Shown here piece after piece: positions 1 through 13,332 of a stretch of DNA of 54,904 nt; position 1 is the first letter of the stretch, and every line of letters begins with the position of its first letter. The stretch is from Lineus longissimus. Taxonomy: Eukaryota. The stretch is taken from the NCBI RefSeq assembly GCF_910592395.1, contig NC_088313.1:17894500-17949403 (forward strand), read 5' to 3'. The position numbers and the translations under genes were made by a program. The notes beneath the pieces were generated by a model. It worked only from the letters and a program-made list of their open reading frames with translations, did not search any database and had not been told where the DNA came from.

Positions 1-1049
1 ACAATAGCTCACAAACCAAGTAAATTCTCGACATGACCAAGGGAGTAACAAAATCTTGAACAAGCTCAGAGTTTTATCTCATAGTGATAGCCACACATGA
101 GTGCTATAAATAACCAAAATAAAATTTATTGATGCAACAAATCTAAAGCTCTACAGACCCCAGTAAAGCTGAATAATATGATCTACATGTAGGACAATCA
201 GTTCTGTCAATAATATCTATTGATAGCTCTGAAGTATACATGCACATCTTGCTTTATGCCGCCAGTCATCATTGCCACTTATTCAATGATAATATCATTC
301 ATTGTCTGCAGAATAAGTTTGAGATTCCAGACAGCACAATTAAGGTCAAGGGCATGCAAAACTGCGCTGACTGTGCTATGTGTGGAAGCTTTTTTTAAAC
401 AAGTTGAAAATCAATTGAATGTGGTATCCGGTTGTGATAAGCTTCCAGTCCATGTAGACTGTACTACGACTGGCACTACCGAAGGAATTCATCCAATAAG
501 CAGTCTGCATTGTTCATTGCCAGTTCTAACACTTGCAGTAGGGGAAATGTGCATGTATGCCAGGCCCAGTGTAGTATTACATCAAGGTTGATTTTTTTTA
601 ATATGGACACAACTTGAAACAGGATTTCAGTAATTTCACACTGGAGTCAAACATTAAGGTATAAAAAATGTACTAGTTTTAGGGGTTTCAAGACCTTGTC
701 CGTCAAATTCAGTTTCAATGTATGATCTAAACTTGTCAATATTTCTAAAACAGGTGGCGACTTTGAAACCTTACTATCACAACATGTATTGATGTAAATG
801 TTTGAATGATCATTGATTTTAATATATAAATGGTGATTTTGTGTCCATAGTCATCCTCGTCAGCCGTTATTTACAAACTTGGTATTTATAGTATTTGTAT
901 ATCAGTCCACACAATGGCAATGTTGAAATTAATATTTAATGCGTATTTCTGCAATTTCGACATTTTTAAATTCAATTACAAATTCAAAATTTTTAACGAA
1001 GAGTGTAGGCCTTTAATTCCAATTAAAAAGTGGCGATATTACGTACAAT

Positions 1050-1145
1050 CTTCGCCACTGTTCAATGGATTTACAGTTGAATGCGATCAAACTAGGCCTA
1101 CATCATTTCCGATCGGGGATTGTAAATTTTAGCCCGTAAAACATC
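1050..1145 (+). repeat. Short dispersed repeat (~95 bp), copy 1
   Basis: ccactgttcaatggatttacagttgaatgcgatcaaact..catttccgatcggggattgtaaatttta recurs at 2393-2490. Confidence 0.75.
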
Positions 1146-1967
1146 CAAGAAATAACATTGCATATCCATCTTCACCAACACCGATGTAGATAACCGCCTC
1201 TATTCGATCAGAATAGATCATTTAGGCAGGCAAAACAGTCGCCGACATGTTATTTCAGCATGGCTTCTTTTGCAAGAACAAGAAAGAAGGGCAAGCAACG
1301 TTCGATTGCCGGATTGGTCTGGTTCGATAGGCAACAAAAATGCTGCAGCAATCATCCATGACAGAGTAAAATAGGCACATTTTCGGTGTGAAAATCGTGT
1401 TTGCTTGCTTTTAATTAGTGCCAGCATTTTCTCAGCATTGTGAGGCGAATATAAATTTCTAATTGGGACATCACCAACTCAGTTTTTGTGAAGACACACG
1501 TTTATTGATTGTCCACCTTTGAAATCTTATCTGTGGATTGGAACACCAAACAAAGGCGGCGGGCACCTCATGAAAACTTGCTGAACTCGGGTCCTTTTCG
1601 ACCAGCATTAGTGATAAATCTGACGCCGTAAAAAGTAAAATTGATTCCCTTACTGTTTATTTTGATATTCCTTGATGATTTTTGCTATTTGTTGCCTTTG
1701 TAAGCGAAATTATTCCCCTAAAAAGCCGGTAAAATGTGGTCCAGGAGGCGATTTTCGGCGAGGCGAATCATCGAACTCACGCACATTCACGAACTCCGTG
1801 AACTAAAGAAAAAACTTATTAAGCAATGATTTTTAATTTTCTTGATTAGAAAGTTAATGACTTAAGAAATAGCTCAAAACCTTTTAAATTATTTCAATTT
1901 TATTGCACTAAAGTAATATTTTTATTGAGTTTTTCCCGACAGCCAACACGAAATCGATGAAACGAAA

Positions 1968-2006
1968 ATGGCGGACGTGAAGGCGCTGGAACATCCAACT
2001 CTCAAG
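1968..2006 (+). CDS. MAEA: MAEA (macrophage erythroblast attacher / CTLH-complex E3 subunit) coding exon 1: MADVKALEHPTLK
   Basis: ATG at 1968; translation matches the MAEA N-terminus (..YPTLK|VPYE..); GT donor at 2007. Confidence 0.75.
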
Positions 2007-2187
2007 GTTTTGATCGATTTATTCATAATCGACGGGGAAAATATGCTAATTAAGAAGCTAGGCGTTTAAATGAGATAACATGGTTTCGAATAAATATCGG
2101 TTTTATAGGGTTTCCGCCGCCGAGTTTGCTGAAAATTGACCCTCCGTTGCGATGTTTACATTCTTGGGAAGCCACCCCAATCACTGT

Positions 2188-2228
2188 ACATGATGGCATG
2201 TACATGTACATGTACATGTACATGTACA
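2188..2228. repeat. (CATGTA)n microsatellite
   Basis: catgtacatgtacatgtacatgtacatgtaca. Confidence 0.9.
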
Positions 2229-2392
2229 CTCCACAATACATTACTCATTGTTACTTCATTGTGCTCTCTTCGAGGTTCGATTTTACCCAATACCTGAAAC
2301 TACACTTGGATCCTCAACTAGTAAAGTAAAATACGGAACGAGTTTGCAATCCCCGATCAGTGATCACACCTCATCGGTTGACTAGTCTAACG

Positions 2393-2490
2393 AAGCACCA
2401 CTGTTCAATGGATTTATAGTTGAATGCGATCAAACTACGTCATTTCCGATCAGGGATTGTAAATTTTAACCTAAAATACAATACATCCCA
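2393..2490 (+). repeat. Short dispersed repeat, copy 2 (in MAEA intron 1)
   Basis: Near-identical to 1050-1145. Confidence 0.75.
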
Positions 2491-2890
2491 ACTTGTGAAA
2501 GACTATTTGTGCTCGAGTACACTCTACAGACTACATACATGTACAGTCTACAATGGCAGTGCTAGTGCAGTGTCAAGAGACAGAGTGTCAGTGTACGTGA
2601 CTGTGATAAAAACCCACGCCACAGCACAGGCACACAGCAGACAGTGTCAGTGAAGACACGCTGCAGATAGGGCAGAACGAGAGACATGTCTGGGCAAGGT
2701 AGTTTTGACATTGCACCTACCAACAACACTAACACTCACAGCCTCGGTCACCACGCTCAGGGCCATGGACCCAAGGCCAAGTCCTACTCTCTGTGTCTTC
2801 TAGTAGGTTGTGCAATGAAGACTGCCAACATTGACTACAGTTTAGCATGTCTTTGAGAGCCATTCTTTTACTAAAAATGTTCCAATTTAG

Positions 2891-3073
2891 GTTCCATACG
2901 AAGTATTGAACAAGAAGTTCCGCACTGCCCAGAAAAATATTGACAGAGAAGTTGCCCATATTCAGACTGCAACCTGTGATTTGGAGAAGTGTCTTCAACA
3001 ACAACCTTCTACTGGAGAAGTCAACAAAATGCTGGATGGTGTGGTGGAAAAACTCACTTTGTTGAAGCGAAAG
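2891..3073 (+). CDS. MAEA: MAEA coding exon 2 (VPYEVLNKKFRTAQKNIDRE...LTLLKRK)
   Basis: AG acceptor at 2889-2890, GT at 3074; strong similarity to vertebrate MAEA residues ~15-75. Confidence 0.85.
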
Positions 3074-3305
3074 GTATAGCTTTGCCAAAGATCTTACCTT
3101 AACTATCGGTGCTTAGGATAACTTCATAATCACTTTCAATTATCTTGTCCTTCTATTGTTGATTGCTTTTTAATCTATAACTTCTCAAAACTAAATACAA
3201 ATGTATATTATTTTAAACACTGATGCCTCCGATTTTGACGGGTAACAACTACATGTAACTGGTTTAATTGAAAGTTTCTTTGAAATTGTACTCTTGAAAT
3301 TTCAG

Positions 3306-3509
3306 GCTGAGGAGAGTGTGGCTGATGAAACTGAAGCTGCAAAGGCGTGCAAGAGAAGAGTGGACCACTTGAAAGAGTTTGAAAGGCTAAGTGTGACTGC
3401 CCAAAACCAGTGGAAGAAGAAACGCCTTGATCGAATGCTGGTGGACTACTTCCTGAGATCTGGCTACTACAATACTGCGCTGAAATTGGCTCAGGACTCA
3501 AGTATAGAG
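3306..3509 (+). CDS. MAEA: MAEA coding exon 3 (LisH region; ...LVDYFLRSGYYNTALKLAQDSSIE)
   Basis: ttcag acceptor, gtatga donor; conserved LisH motif. Confidence 0.85.
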
Positions 3510-3748
3510 GTATGATGTAAGGCCTTTTCAGAACGTGTGATTTTCATCACACGTACATCTTTTTTGAATAACGCTGTCTTCCCATTTAGTTCTTTGATGA
3601 CTTTAAACCTTACTGGAGGATGGTGGGCGCTGTTAAGGATGACTGCAACATTACCTACCTTCTTTTTGAAGTCTTAGGATTGTGATGTTGTAAATCATGA
3701 ACGTTTCAAGCTTACATCAGTACATGATAGTTAACATTCCCTTTTTAG

Positions 3749-3871
3749 GATCTGACCAACATCGAGCTGTTCCTGATCAGCAAGGAGGTGGAGGAATCCC
3801 TCATGACAAAGGAGACTGCGAAATGTCTCACCTGGTGTCATGACAACAAGTCAAAGCTTAGGAAATTAAAG
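3749..3871 (+). CDS. MAEA: MAEA coding exon 4 (CTLH; [18 protein letters not shown]...KSKLRKLK)
   Basis: ctttttag acceptor, gtatgc donor; frame continuous with exon 3. Confidence 0.85.
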
Positions 3872-4026
3872 GTATGCATTAAATATGAGCTTTGAATACA
3901 GTAATGTTAGATCATTCAAGCTGATTTCAACATTACTTGCCTTGGTATGAAGTTCAAAATAGCGTAGATACCAATCTGTCTTATGCCCTAATCATATGTT
4001 TATAGTACAACATCTATGTTTTGCAG

Positions 4027-4121
4027 GCTTCATTTCTGTTCCAGAGCTCTTTGGAGTTCAATCTGAGACAGCAAGAATTCATTGAATTGATCAGGTGCAA
4101 CAAGAGAATGGATGCAGTCAG
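4027..4121 (+). CDS. MAEA: MAEA coding exon 5 (ASFLFQSSLEFNLRQQEFIELIRCNKRMDAVR)
   Basis: ttgcag acceptor, gtgagc donor, ends in phase 2. Confidence 0.8.
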
Positions 4122-4560
4122 GTGAGCCGTTTCAGGTTTTTACTTGTCGCAACTCCAAGGCCTGCTCCTAGTGCAGTCTCCACATACCCTTGTAGAGATA
4201 CATTCCAATTCAAGTCAGGTTTGTATTGTGTCTGTGGTGCCAGTTGGGCAATGGAAAACTTTACAATGAAGAAACACCTGACTTGCTGCATTAGACTATA
4301 AAGCCCTTTCATTTGCATCAGGTTATCTTGAGCTTTAACCCTGTCAATCATGACTATTACTGGAGCAAACACCAGCGCAATGCATGGAGGACTCCTTCCT
4401 CTGATGTGTGACTGCAAAAAAGACAGGCCAGACCGACATTGCTTAGCCGAAGAAAATATGGGGAACAGATGCCAAAGCTAATTGAAGCAACCAGATTGTC
4501 AGTGCAGCCACCTGAATGTAGAAGAAAAATAAACTTTAAACAAGAAAAATCATTTTTCAG

Positions 4561-4669
4561 GCATGCTAGGAAATTCTTCACCAACTTAGAAGATAACCAG
4601 TTGTTTGATGTGCAAAGAGTGATGGGGTTATTAGCGTTTCCTAGTGATACAAATGTCTCCCCCTACAAG
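4561..4669 (+). CDS. MAEA: MAEA coding exon 6 ([36 protein letters not shown])
   Basis: ttttcag acceptor, gtaaag donor; completes the split Arg codon from exon 5. Confidence 0.8.
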
Positions 4670-4856
4670 GTAAAGATATGTGCCCCATGTAACCATATCG
4701 GGTAGTTAGTCGCAATGTTTTACTTGCTTCGGATGCATGGATGCATGCCACATTACATGAACTTACATGTTAGTAAATTGCCTCATGTTCTCTTGCTTTC
4801 AACTACATTTCCTGATTCTGGTAATCGTATTCTAAATCTTAATTTTGTCTTTGAAG

Positions 4857-4990
4857 GAATTGCTAGACACGTCTCGTTGGGAATCTCTGGTGCAACAGTT
4901 CAGATATGAGAACTTCCGACTCCATCAGCTGAACACGTATTCTATCTTCGGTGTGTGCTTACAAGCTGGCCTGTCTGCTCTCAAAACGCC
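4857..4990 (+). CDS. MAEA: MAEA coding exon 7 (ELLDTSRWESLVQQFRYENFRLHQLN...LKTP)
   Basis: ttgaag acceptor, gtatcc donor (phase 2). Confidence 0.8.
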
Positions 4991-5142
4991 GTATCCTTTT
5001 GAAAATGAACATAAAAAGTTGAGTATAGTGTATTGTAATTCAGTTGGCCCCAACTTGACCCCTGATAGTTGTAGGTCTCACATGCCCCAAGTTAATTTTA
5101 AACTTAAAGTCCCTGTATGTATTTCCTTGACTGTTTCCTCAG

Positions 5143-5338
5143 CCAATGCTACAAGAAGGATCAAGAAACTCGCAATCCTGACTGCCCAGTTTGTAGCAAG
5201 CACTTGAATGAGCTGGCCCGATCGCTTCCATTCTCCCACTGTTCCCAATCAAGGCTGATCTGTGCAATGTCGGGCAAGTCTCTAAATGAACACAACCCAC
5301 CTATGATGCTACCAAATGGATACGTCTATGGTTGTGAT
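5143..5338 (+). CDS. MAEA: MAEA coding exon 8 (degenerate RING: ...[13 protein letters not shown]...[12 protein letters not shown])
   Basis: cctcag acceptor, gtaagt donor; conserved RING-Gid motif [12 protein letters not shown]. Confidence 0.85.
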
Positions 5339-5533
5339 GTAAGTATTCCGTATAATGTGGTCTTATCTTTTCTAGGTTGTCAAAGTTCTTGATAAGCTGT
5401 GGAAATAAAGGCCTTCTTCTCTATGCTATAATAACGGCTTCATATCAGCTGTTTTGGGACTTAAAATAATACACTGCATGCTATTCTAAACAGTCAATTT
5501 TTCAAGTTATTGATCAAAAACTTAATTTTTCAG

Positions 5534-5635
5534 GCTTTGTCGATCATGGCTGCCGAGAATGATGGCAAGGTGGTTTGTCCAAGGACAAAGGAGGTCTACA
5601 CTCTCGACGAAGTCGACAAAGTGTTTGTGATGTGA
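5534..5635 (+). CDS. MAEA: MAEA terminal coding exon (ALSIMAAENDGKVVCPRTKEVYTLDEVDKVFVM*)
   Basis: ttttcag acceptor; TGA at 5633-5635; C-terminus conserved with vertebrate MAEA. Confidence 0.85.
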   Translation, partial: ALSIMAAENDGKVVCPRTKEVYTLDEVDKVFVM

Positions 5636-7649
5636 TATTTGACAATACTTGTTTTAATTTTTGAGAAGCTGTCAGTTCAGAGATGATAACTCTAGAAAAT
5701 TGCTGTAATTTGCCCTTTTTTTCTTCTTTGGTTCATAAGGGTACTGTACACCGATTTTGTTGCATCGATTATGACTGCGATAAGAGATGGACCACAAGTT
5801 CGTTCACTTGGTCTCATTATGGATTGTCATTAGTTCTGGAAGTTAAAGTAGGAAACACTCCAGTTCATTGTGTGCATCACTGAGTTCCTGTGGAGAGGGC
5901 AGTTCTTTATTGCATGCCAAATGTTTGCTTTCTGACATATATCAGCAGTTTCTCTACAGTAGTGCCAGTCTAACAGTACCTTGGGCTTCTATTAATTTAA
6001 GGCTCATTTAAAGGGAATTCCTTTTGATGTCGTAATTATTTTTTTCACCCTTCTTTCTTGTCTATTCATAGACTTCAACTGGTGTCAAAATGATCCCAAC
6101 TCATCCAACCCCATAGCAAAAATGAGTGTAAAGGTCCCTATGAACCAAAGAACTTTTTTAAATGGCTTTATATTCTGCTCATTGTTTTTCAGACTGGAGA
6201 TACAATTTCCATATTGTTGTAGATTTTTCTGTGGGTGTTCCTGGCTTACTTAAAGAAAGCACATGAAAGGTTAATTTCTTAAACAAGGTCAATTCAAGTC
6301 AGCGATTTTCTGATTTACATTCCTACTCCCACTTTTGTGACAGTTTTAAAATTTTTGTTTTTTCTGGGGAAAAGTGTCCATGCAAGCTATCAGTTTGAAA
6401 TGAACTGTTGAAGTGTCAATGGGGGAAGAGGACTTTTGATAAGTACCTTCGGATAGCACAGCTAGAAAGGTACCGTTTCACTGGTTGTACAAGCATTGTA
6501 ACGACAACACCAACAGCTGATGACTTCATGTTGGCTGTTGTTAGTTTAAAAACGATTTGTAAAGCTTTGATATTGGCCATAAGTGAGATTTATGTAGACT
6601 GATCTTTCTTTTCTACCAGAGACACACCAAACATCATTTGCTGCAATATATTGTGCAAAGGTTAAAGGGCATTGAAAATATGTGTTGTATCATCTGTAAC
6701 TATTCATAGAACTAGACATTAGAATGATGGTGGCGCTAGTTTCAAAGTTTAATGTTCTTAGTATTAATGCATGAAGAGTAATGTTTTCAAGAGATTTAAT
6801 ACATGATATTCAGCAGATCTGAGTCAACGGTTAGAATTAGAAATCAAGGTCTATCTGCAGAGAGTTCATCTTCAGTCCAGTAAGCCTAAACTTTTCCTTT
6901 TAGCGCTGATGATGCTTGGGACAGTATTCAATTTTTTTAAGGAAAGTTGGCCTGAAGGTTGTTGGGTATCAAGTTAAGTTGGACTACAAATGTCCAATTC
7001 TAGGAATTGTAACTGTTCTGTTGGATATTGGAGAAGAAATTAAAATCATTTTGTGCATTTTTTATGCGGTGGTTTTTTGATGAAAAGCATCAAAATACTC
7101 CTTTAAGTGTATTTAATAAAGATTTTTTATATGATACATCACTTTTGTATTTTTTTGCTATTTTTCTCAATTTTCCTCCGAATTTGCAAAGATGATGGGA
7201 TTTTGCCTATTCGAGTTGACAGTGTGATTTTTGGAGTGACTGATCAACCGCTACCAGATTGGTTGAGGCTGACAACTCTGCAGGCCTGTGCTACAAACAC
7301 GACCATATGGTGTTATCAAAGTCTGTGATGGCAGAGAGAATTTCCTTTTGTTTGCTTGGAGAATCGGTATCATACAGTCTAAAGGCATCAGTTTTCAGTT
7401 CTTTACTACCCTACTAGATAGCTCTGCCTGTTCTGTTGTGCCTCGCCAATACCAAGTACATGTACACATGAAGGTTGAGGCAGTACAGTTTCGTGTGTAG
7501 TAAGTGCTTGTATTTGATGGTGCTCGTTAAATGATTGTGATGTGCTTCATATGGCATTGTGAAAAATTTGTGATGTAGAATAAAGAGTGATGCTAAGTTA
7601 TGTGCTGTGCAAAATAAGGTGATTCAATAACCATGGGGAACGTTGGATG

Positions 7650-8200
7650 CTCGAGTATTGTCACAATCCATATTTTGCCTCAAGGAAATGTGGGTTCCTT
7701 TGGACTGACATGATCTGCTTTGACTCAAGAGACACGTTGGTTGGCCCTGATGATGCGTCACGATCTTCCTTGCCACGTGGGTTCTCCCAAAATCTGCCAG
7801 GAGATATTGTCACAATCAGTTTTGCAAAAAGTAACTAGAGTGCTGTTACCATCCACTTTTTGCCTGGAGGAAGAGTGGGTTTCTGTGGACACGTACAACA
7901 TTACACAATCTGCTTTGCCAACGAGGATGTGGGCTCCCTCAAGATACGGAGCAATCTTTCTATTTGCCTTGAGGACGCAGGTTCCCCTAAAGGGCTGCGC
8001 TACAACCCAAGTTCCTGTCATAGTTCACCCTGCCCGCAGCCATGAGGAAATTCGTCTCAAAGATTCTACTCAAGGCACTGTCACAATCCACTGTCTTTGC
8101 CAGTGTGGCTCTCTAGGAACTAAAATTCCTGGCTCTTCATGGAGTGAGACTCAAAACCGAGGTTCCTTTTACCTCATGTCTGTGCCGGGGCAAGCAAAAG
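7650..8200 (+). repeat. Degenerate ~90-100-bp tandem repeat (satellite-like)
   Basis: The motif tgtcacaatcca(t/c)..tttgcc..ggaa..tgggtt.c.ttgga..atct.ctttg recurs near 7655, 7805, 7850 and 8080; this explains the repetitive peptides in ORF 7720..8214. Confidence 0.5.
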
Positions 8201-9540
8201 ATCCCATCAAGTGAGAAACATGAGGAGCTTGCATAGACTTCCCCTCCTTCGCCAAAAGGCCGTCGCATAATGGTCAATAACGACCCAGTACCAACCAGAA
8301 CCAGAATGTAAATCAAGCCAAAATGGTAAAAGAAAGTAATAAGTACTGGTATTGTGTTTAAATCATTTTAATGCAATCTCACCGCATAGTGTGTATTCTA
8401 ATACACCACTGAGCCTGGTATACAGGCAAAAATACAAGAGTATTGGACATGGCAGCTTCTGACAAAAGGATTTATCAATATAATCTTATACAATAACTTA
8501 CACAAGGCAGTCACTGCCAGATGTCTTCAGGAGATGTACCGTCACATTTGAGTAGGCAAAAGCACAAGTCTGCAAATTACACTTTTCAGCAGTCGAATAA
8601 TGAGCAACTTCTAAAACTGTGACTGCATCTGATGAGACGTCTTATGGTGAGGGGGATGTCCTCCGTCTTCAGTCCTGATAGGTTGGTTTATTTTTGGTGG
8701 AATATCCTCCAAAAGGAGACATTTTCATTTCGCCAGTAGGAAAGGAGGTCTATCACACAAAACAAGGCGATCTATATGCAGTTGCAGCACACTGACCAAT
8801 ATCTTATTATCTATCCATTGGCATTGATTATCTTAACACATCACTTACAACAACTAGTGTCTGAACTAAATGGCCAAAGAATGTTATCTTACTACAAAAG
8901 CCACCATGGTCAATACTGGTATCATAAAATAGATAAATCTTATCACAGATATACGGGGTCGTCAAAATAGAAGACAAAATAGCTTTAAGCGAACAGATCT
9001 CAAAACAAATCAGTGAGTGATAAAAACTAAGTGCATAAAAAAATAATCTGTTCATCTAAAGACCATAATTCTACATCGACATTGGGCTTAATCTTGAAGC
9101 ACCTTTCTGTGTTCAATTCAACAACACTTCACCCTGTTGAGCTTCAATAAAAATGAGCACAATTTGAATAACACTGCATATGCTCGGGTCTACAGATCAA
9201 CCGTAACTGTTAACTACCAAGTCAAAGGAAATGGTTTCACCCAAAGTGTAATGAAGTTTACACAGCATTTCCAAAATCACTCGGATAGTGCTTGACCATC
9301 AGCAATAAACTGACGATTGCCATCATCACAGTTCACTACAGGGTGCATCAATGAAAATGATACCCTTTAAAAATTTACTCAAGATGACAAATCAAGTAAT
9401 GGTCACAGATGAAGGACTTTTCAGGCCTAGTTTAATAGTCAAATGGTGTCTTTACTTAAATTTAGATTCGTTTTGATACACTTTGTAACAAACTAATCAC
9501 AATATTATCCAAAGACGGAATGTATCTAGTCTATGCTTCC

Positions 9541-9948
9541 TCAGAATATTTTCACCGCAGGTTCCTTATATGAAACACTGTAGGAAGGGCAGATACGGGG
9601 CAGTCCATGATTTGAGTACTTCCACCTATTCCGTTTTAAATGAGGCTCCTGCGTTGAGGCCAAAACTTGGAGCGACGTTTTGTGTGGAACGTCCGGCTCA
9701 TTATACCAGTCCGTTGTTGATGTGTCTAATTTTTTGGTCCCCTCAGTCCCCGCTGAGTATACTTTAGGAAATCTTCGCAAGGTTGGTCGTTCTGTTTCCT
9801 GGTCCCCGAAGTAACTTGCCCGGTACATGGTCTTAAAGTTGTAAGGGTTCCCTTCCTCACCCTCATGACTGAGATACGCTGATCCAGTGAAGTGCTGCCT
9901 GTGATATGGATCTTTGTTCATCTTACCGAGGAAACGGGAATCTTTGCC
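9541..9948 (-). CDS. Uncharacterized small protein, terminal coding exon (GKDSRFLGKMNKDPYHRQHFTGSAYLSHEGEEGNPYNF...KEPAVKIF*)
   Basis: ORF 9541..9921 extends in frame to a ttttcag acceptor at ~9949-9950 on the minus strand; no family recognized. Confidence 0.4.
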   Translation of the reverse strand, partial: GKDSRFLGKMNKDPYHRQHFTGSAYLSHEGEEGNPYNFKTMYRASYFGDQETERPTLRRFPKVYSAGTEGTKKLDTSTTDWYNEPDVPHKTSLQVLASTQEPHLKRNRWKYSNHGLPRICPSYSVSYKEPAVKIF

Positions 9949-10066
9949 CTGAAAACAGATGCAAGGTATGAGTGACCAAATTATTCGAACCCAGCAATGT
10001 TACTTGTCAACTCATTTAGGAATTATTATCAAGAAGACATTTAGAAGGACAAATAACCAATCGTAC

Positions 10067-10228
10067 CATTTCTTGGTATCCTCTTTTGTATATTTTGATT
10101 TGGGGGTTTGGAGTATTCCTTGATCTGGATAAAATCTCAAAACCGAATAGGTTTTCAAGGAAACCTGGGGAAAATAGCCTTTGAGCAGAGAAAATGGGTG
10201 ATGTTTCAGGCTCTTCTCTAATGTCCAT
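10067..10228 (-). CDS. Same uncharacterized gene, upstream coding exon (MDIREEPETSPIFSAQRLFSPGFLENLFGFE...KRGYQEM)
   Basis: ATG at 10228; GTACGA donor immediately after ..QEM; phase 0 join to the 9948 exon gives a ~189-aa product. Confidence 0.35.
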
Positions 10229-11019
10229 ACCTGTTACCTAAAGGAACTTTACACAGAGTCACCAGTTCCCATTTCTTCACACATGGCATTTATCCGAGTC
10301 TGAAGCCATTAGGCCTTTACCCGTACAGCAATGGCTCAGAGTAAAAGCTCCAGAATTATCTGTCCAAAACAGTCAAGGAGAACACTTACATCACCAAAAT
10401 ATTCACCGCAGTCTTGGATAATATTTCTGTTGTTGTGGACAGAGAAACTGTTTTGACTCTTGAAGCTTTTCTGAAAGAATAAAATAATCAAATGCTATCA
10501 TCAATAGACTAAGTGATTCTCACTGGCTTCCCTGGCTTCAGACCATAATGATATAAGGTGGTGCAAGGACAGGAGACATTCCTTTTTATCAGGTGGAACG
10601 CCAAAACCCCATTGAAACATCTGCAAGTTATAGGGGACACAAAACTCTCAAAATTGTTATCACTATCAAAGGGAAAAGTCAGTGTTTTCATCCGATAAAT
10701 GTCACAATGTTCAAGGGACACTGCATTATGTTCAAAGGACATTAGCCAATATGATTTGTCAGAAGTGAGTGGGCCCATTGGAAACATGTCAGAGCAAAAG
10801 TCCTCAATACTTCTGTATGTTATAAAATCTCGCCATACCAGAGTGTTCAATAAAATATGTGTACAGCGCACACTTCAGTAGCAAAAACAAATTCAAGTCA
10901 TTAAACAATGACCTAATATAAAATTACATTTTGCCGACTGGTGAGAAAATATTGACCGAATCAATAGGCTTGACCATTCTTGAAGACTTTCAGCTAGATT
11001 TTTAAAGTGGTAATGGTTA

Positions 11020-11220
11020 TGGGTGGTACAGTGGACCCGGGTGCTTGCAGGGGTACTACCTTAATGCTAAGCTTCTTACAGCTCACTCAGTACTCTACTA
11101 TTATAAAGGCAACAGTGGACCCTCCCATAGCGGACACCCTCTCTCATGAGGGCAGTGATTTTGGTCCCAAATTGGTTGCTTCTATTCAATTTGACCTCTG
11201 TAATAAGGACCCTCCCTAAA
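11020..11220 (+). repeat. Dispersed repeat family, copy 1
   Basis: cagtggaccctcccatagcggacaccctctctcatgagggcagtgattttggtcccaaattggttgcttctattcaatttgacctctgtaataaggaccctcc is about 75% identical to 14260-14385. Confidence 0.6.
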
Positions 11221-13332
11221 CTGCACTTGTCCGTCCCTTAATAGAGATGTTCTACTGTAATTTGGAAATTTTCAAAAATTTTCCCCACATGCCAACTGGC
11301 CGATATTCACATCACAACATGCATTAGCAACTAATATATTGCCATTTATTTGATCGATGTTTCCATCTAAATGCAATATATCAATCGATATAAAGTCACC
11401 AGTTTGATAGGAAAACAAGCATTATTGAGGTTGTCAAGTCACACATCAGGCGTGCTTCCGCCGGTTGTCAGTTGTCATAGCGATGCAAACAAAACAAAAA
11501 ATCACATCAATCAAATGAACTCTTGAGTACCACTTTGTCAAAAAATTAAAAACACAATATCAAGATTTTAACCATGACATGTTTATAAAAACACACGATA
11601 CATTTCAATGATATGAAAAATGTAATTTTTATGACTTTGGATTACACTACGAAAGGATGTTGTTACACAATAACAATACATCAGCGCTTATTAGTGTTTC
11701 AGCTAGCAATCTGAAATTGCAGGGCAAAAAAGGGAACGAAAAAGGGAAAGTGCCCTGCAAAGAAGATTTTTGTACGTTTTTTACACCGTTTTGACATGTG
11801 TAACTTTGGCTGTCATCATGGGTTAAAGACACACATTCAATGGGTTTATTTTAGAAATAACGCAATTACTTACAAGTATTAAGGGTTGTGATGTATTACA
11901 AATAACAAACAACCAAGTCACTACTTTGAAATTATCACCATGAACGGGCAGTGCATACTAACTGTGCTACTAGAAGATTTAGAGGATTGTGCAGAATTGG
12001 GTGCAGAAAGATTTGCCTGAAAGAGATGTGTAAAATTTAATTTTTTTATGCTGTCTTGTTTTCAACCACTTTCAATGTACATCACCAGTTGAGTAAGCAA
12101 CTACAAATTTGTGTCACAGGAAGCAAGCAAAGTATTATTCATGTAATTTTGTTAGAAATCTGTCCCACATAAATTTCTGTTTTGTTAATTTCCCCTGACA
12201 GCCTGAGGCAGTGCAAAGTTTTTCACATTGAAAAGATTATCACAAATTGCACTGCAATTTTATGAATACCATTCTGATCTCAAGGTTTTTTGCATGTTGT
12301 ATGCAAATTTACAGAGAAAAGACAAGACCAACAACAGGTCTACCAAATATTGTGTCAAACAAATCAACAAAAAATACATGTAAAGTCTATTAAAGGAACC
12401 TCTAATCTCCAAATGCTTTTTGTACAGCCTACAGAAACAGAAGAAATTAATGAACAAACTAATAAATGTGGAAGGAACAGACATAAGGACATCACGGTTC
12501 CTAGACCTGAAGCAAGAGGAATGTTAGCCATGGGAGATACTGCTACAATACATTCTAATGCGGATTCAGGGACAGGGTTCCTAAAGAAGTTTATCTGCCC
12601 CCCCCCCCCCCACTGAGATGTATGTAGGTGGCACCACTATATAGATAGATACATTGAAGTGGGACTTTCGAAAAAAAAAAGCAGGAGCTTGGTGGTCCAA
12701 TCGATGGTCTTATGCTACAGATTTTCTTGACCACTAGCGGTAAGTTGCCAATCATCCTTCAAGGGTTAATTTTTACATAGGGGCAACTATTGACTATTGA
12801 GCTACCTGAAAGCTACAGGGTGGTCTAGGGGAAATGGTAAAAATGGTATACCAAAGAATCAGAAGGAGAGGACGGTGGTGGACTGGGATACATGATTGGA
12901 TCATGCCGATTCAAATAGTTCTGAAACTTAACACAGAATTCATACATTAGTTAGTGCAGTATTAGGATTTTATTAACAGAAGCACACATCTTAGTCCAAA
13001 ATGGCCAAGAGTAGTGCCTATTTAGTGGTCTTGCAGAAAGGTTTTGGATCACTGGGAAATGAATGAAAAGCTTTTTGAAACAGTACAGCTGTAGTATAAA
13101 TATCTAAGAACTTGCGTTTTATTTTGACATAGCGTTGTGTGAATTCTCCCATCTCACAATTCGTGCCTTTATGCTACTAATAAAACCAGCTAAGATTGAA
13201 TCAATGGGAAAATACAAAACTTGTCTTATCAGTGTTATCTACCACAGTATTAAACATGAAAAGTAAATGTGATTTCATGAATCAATTTCATGCCTTATTT
13301 TTGAGAATTTTGAATTACTTTTTGAAACTTAC

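Noticed and set aside
7720-8214. 164-aa plus-strand ORF
   Set aside because: It lies in the degenerate ~90-bp tandem repeat; no splice context or recognizable homology.
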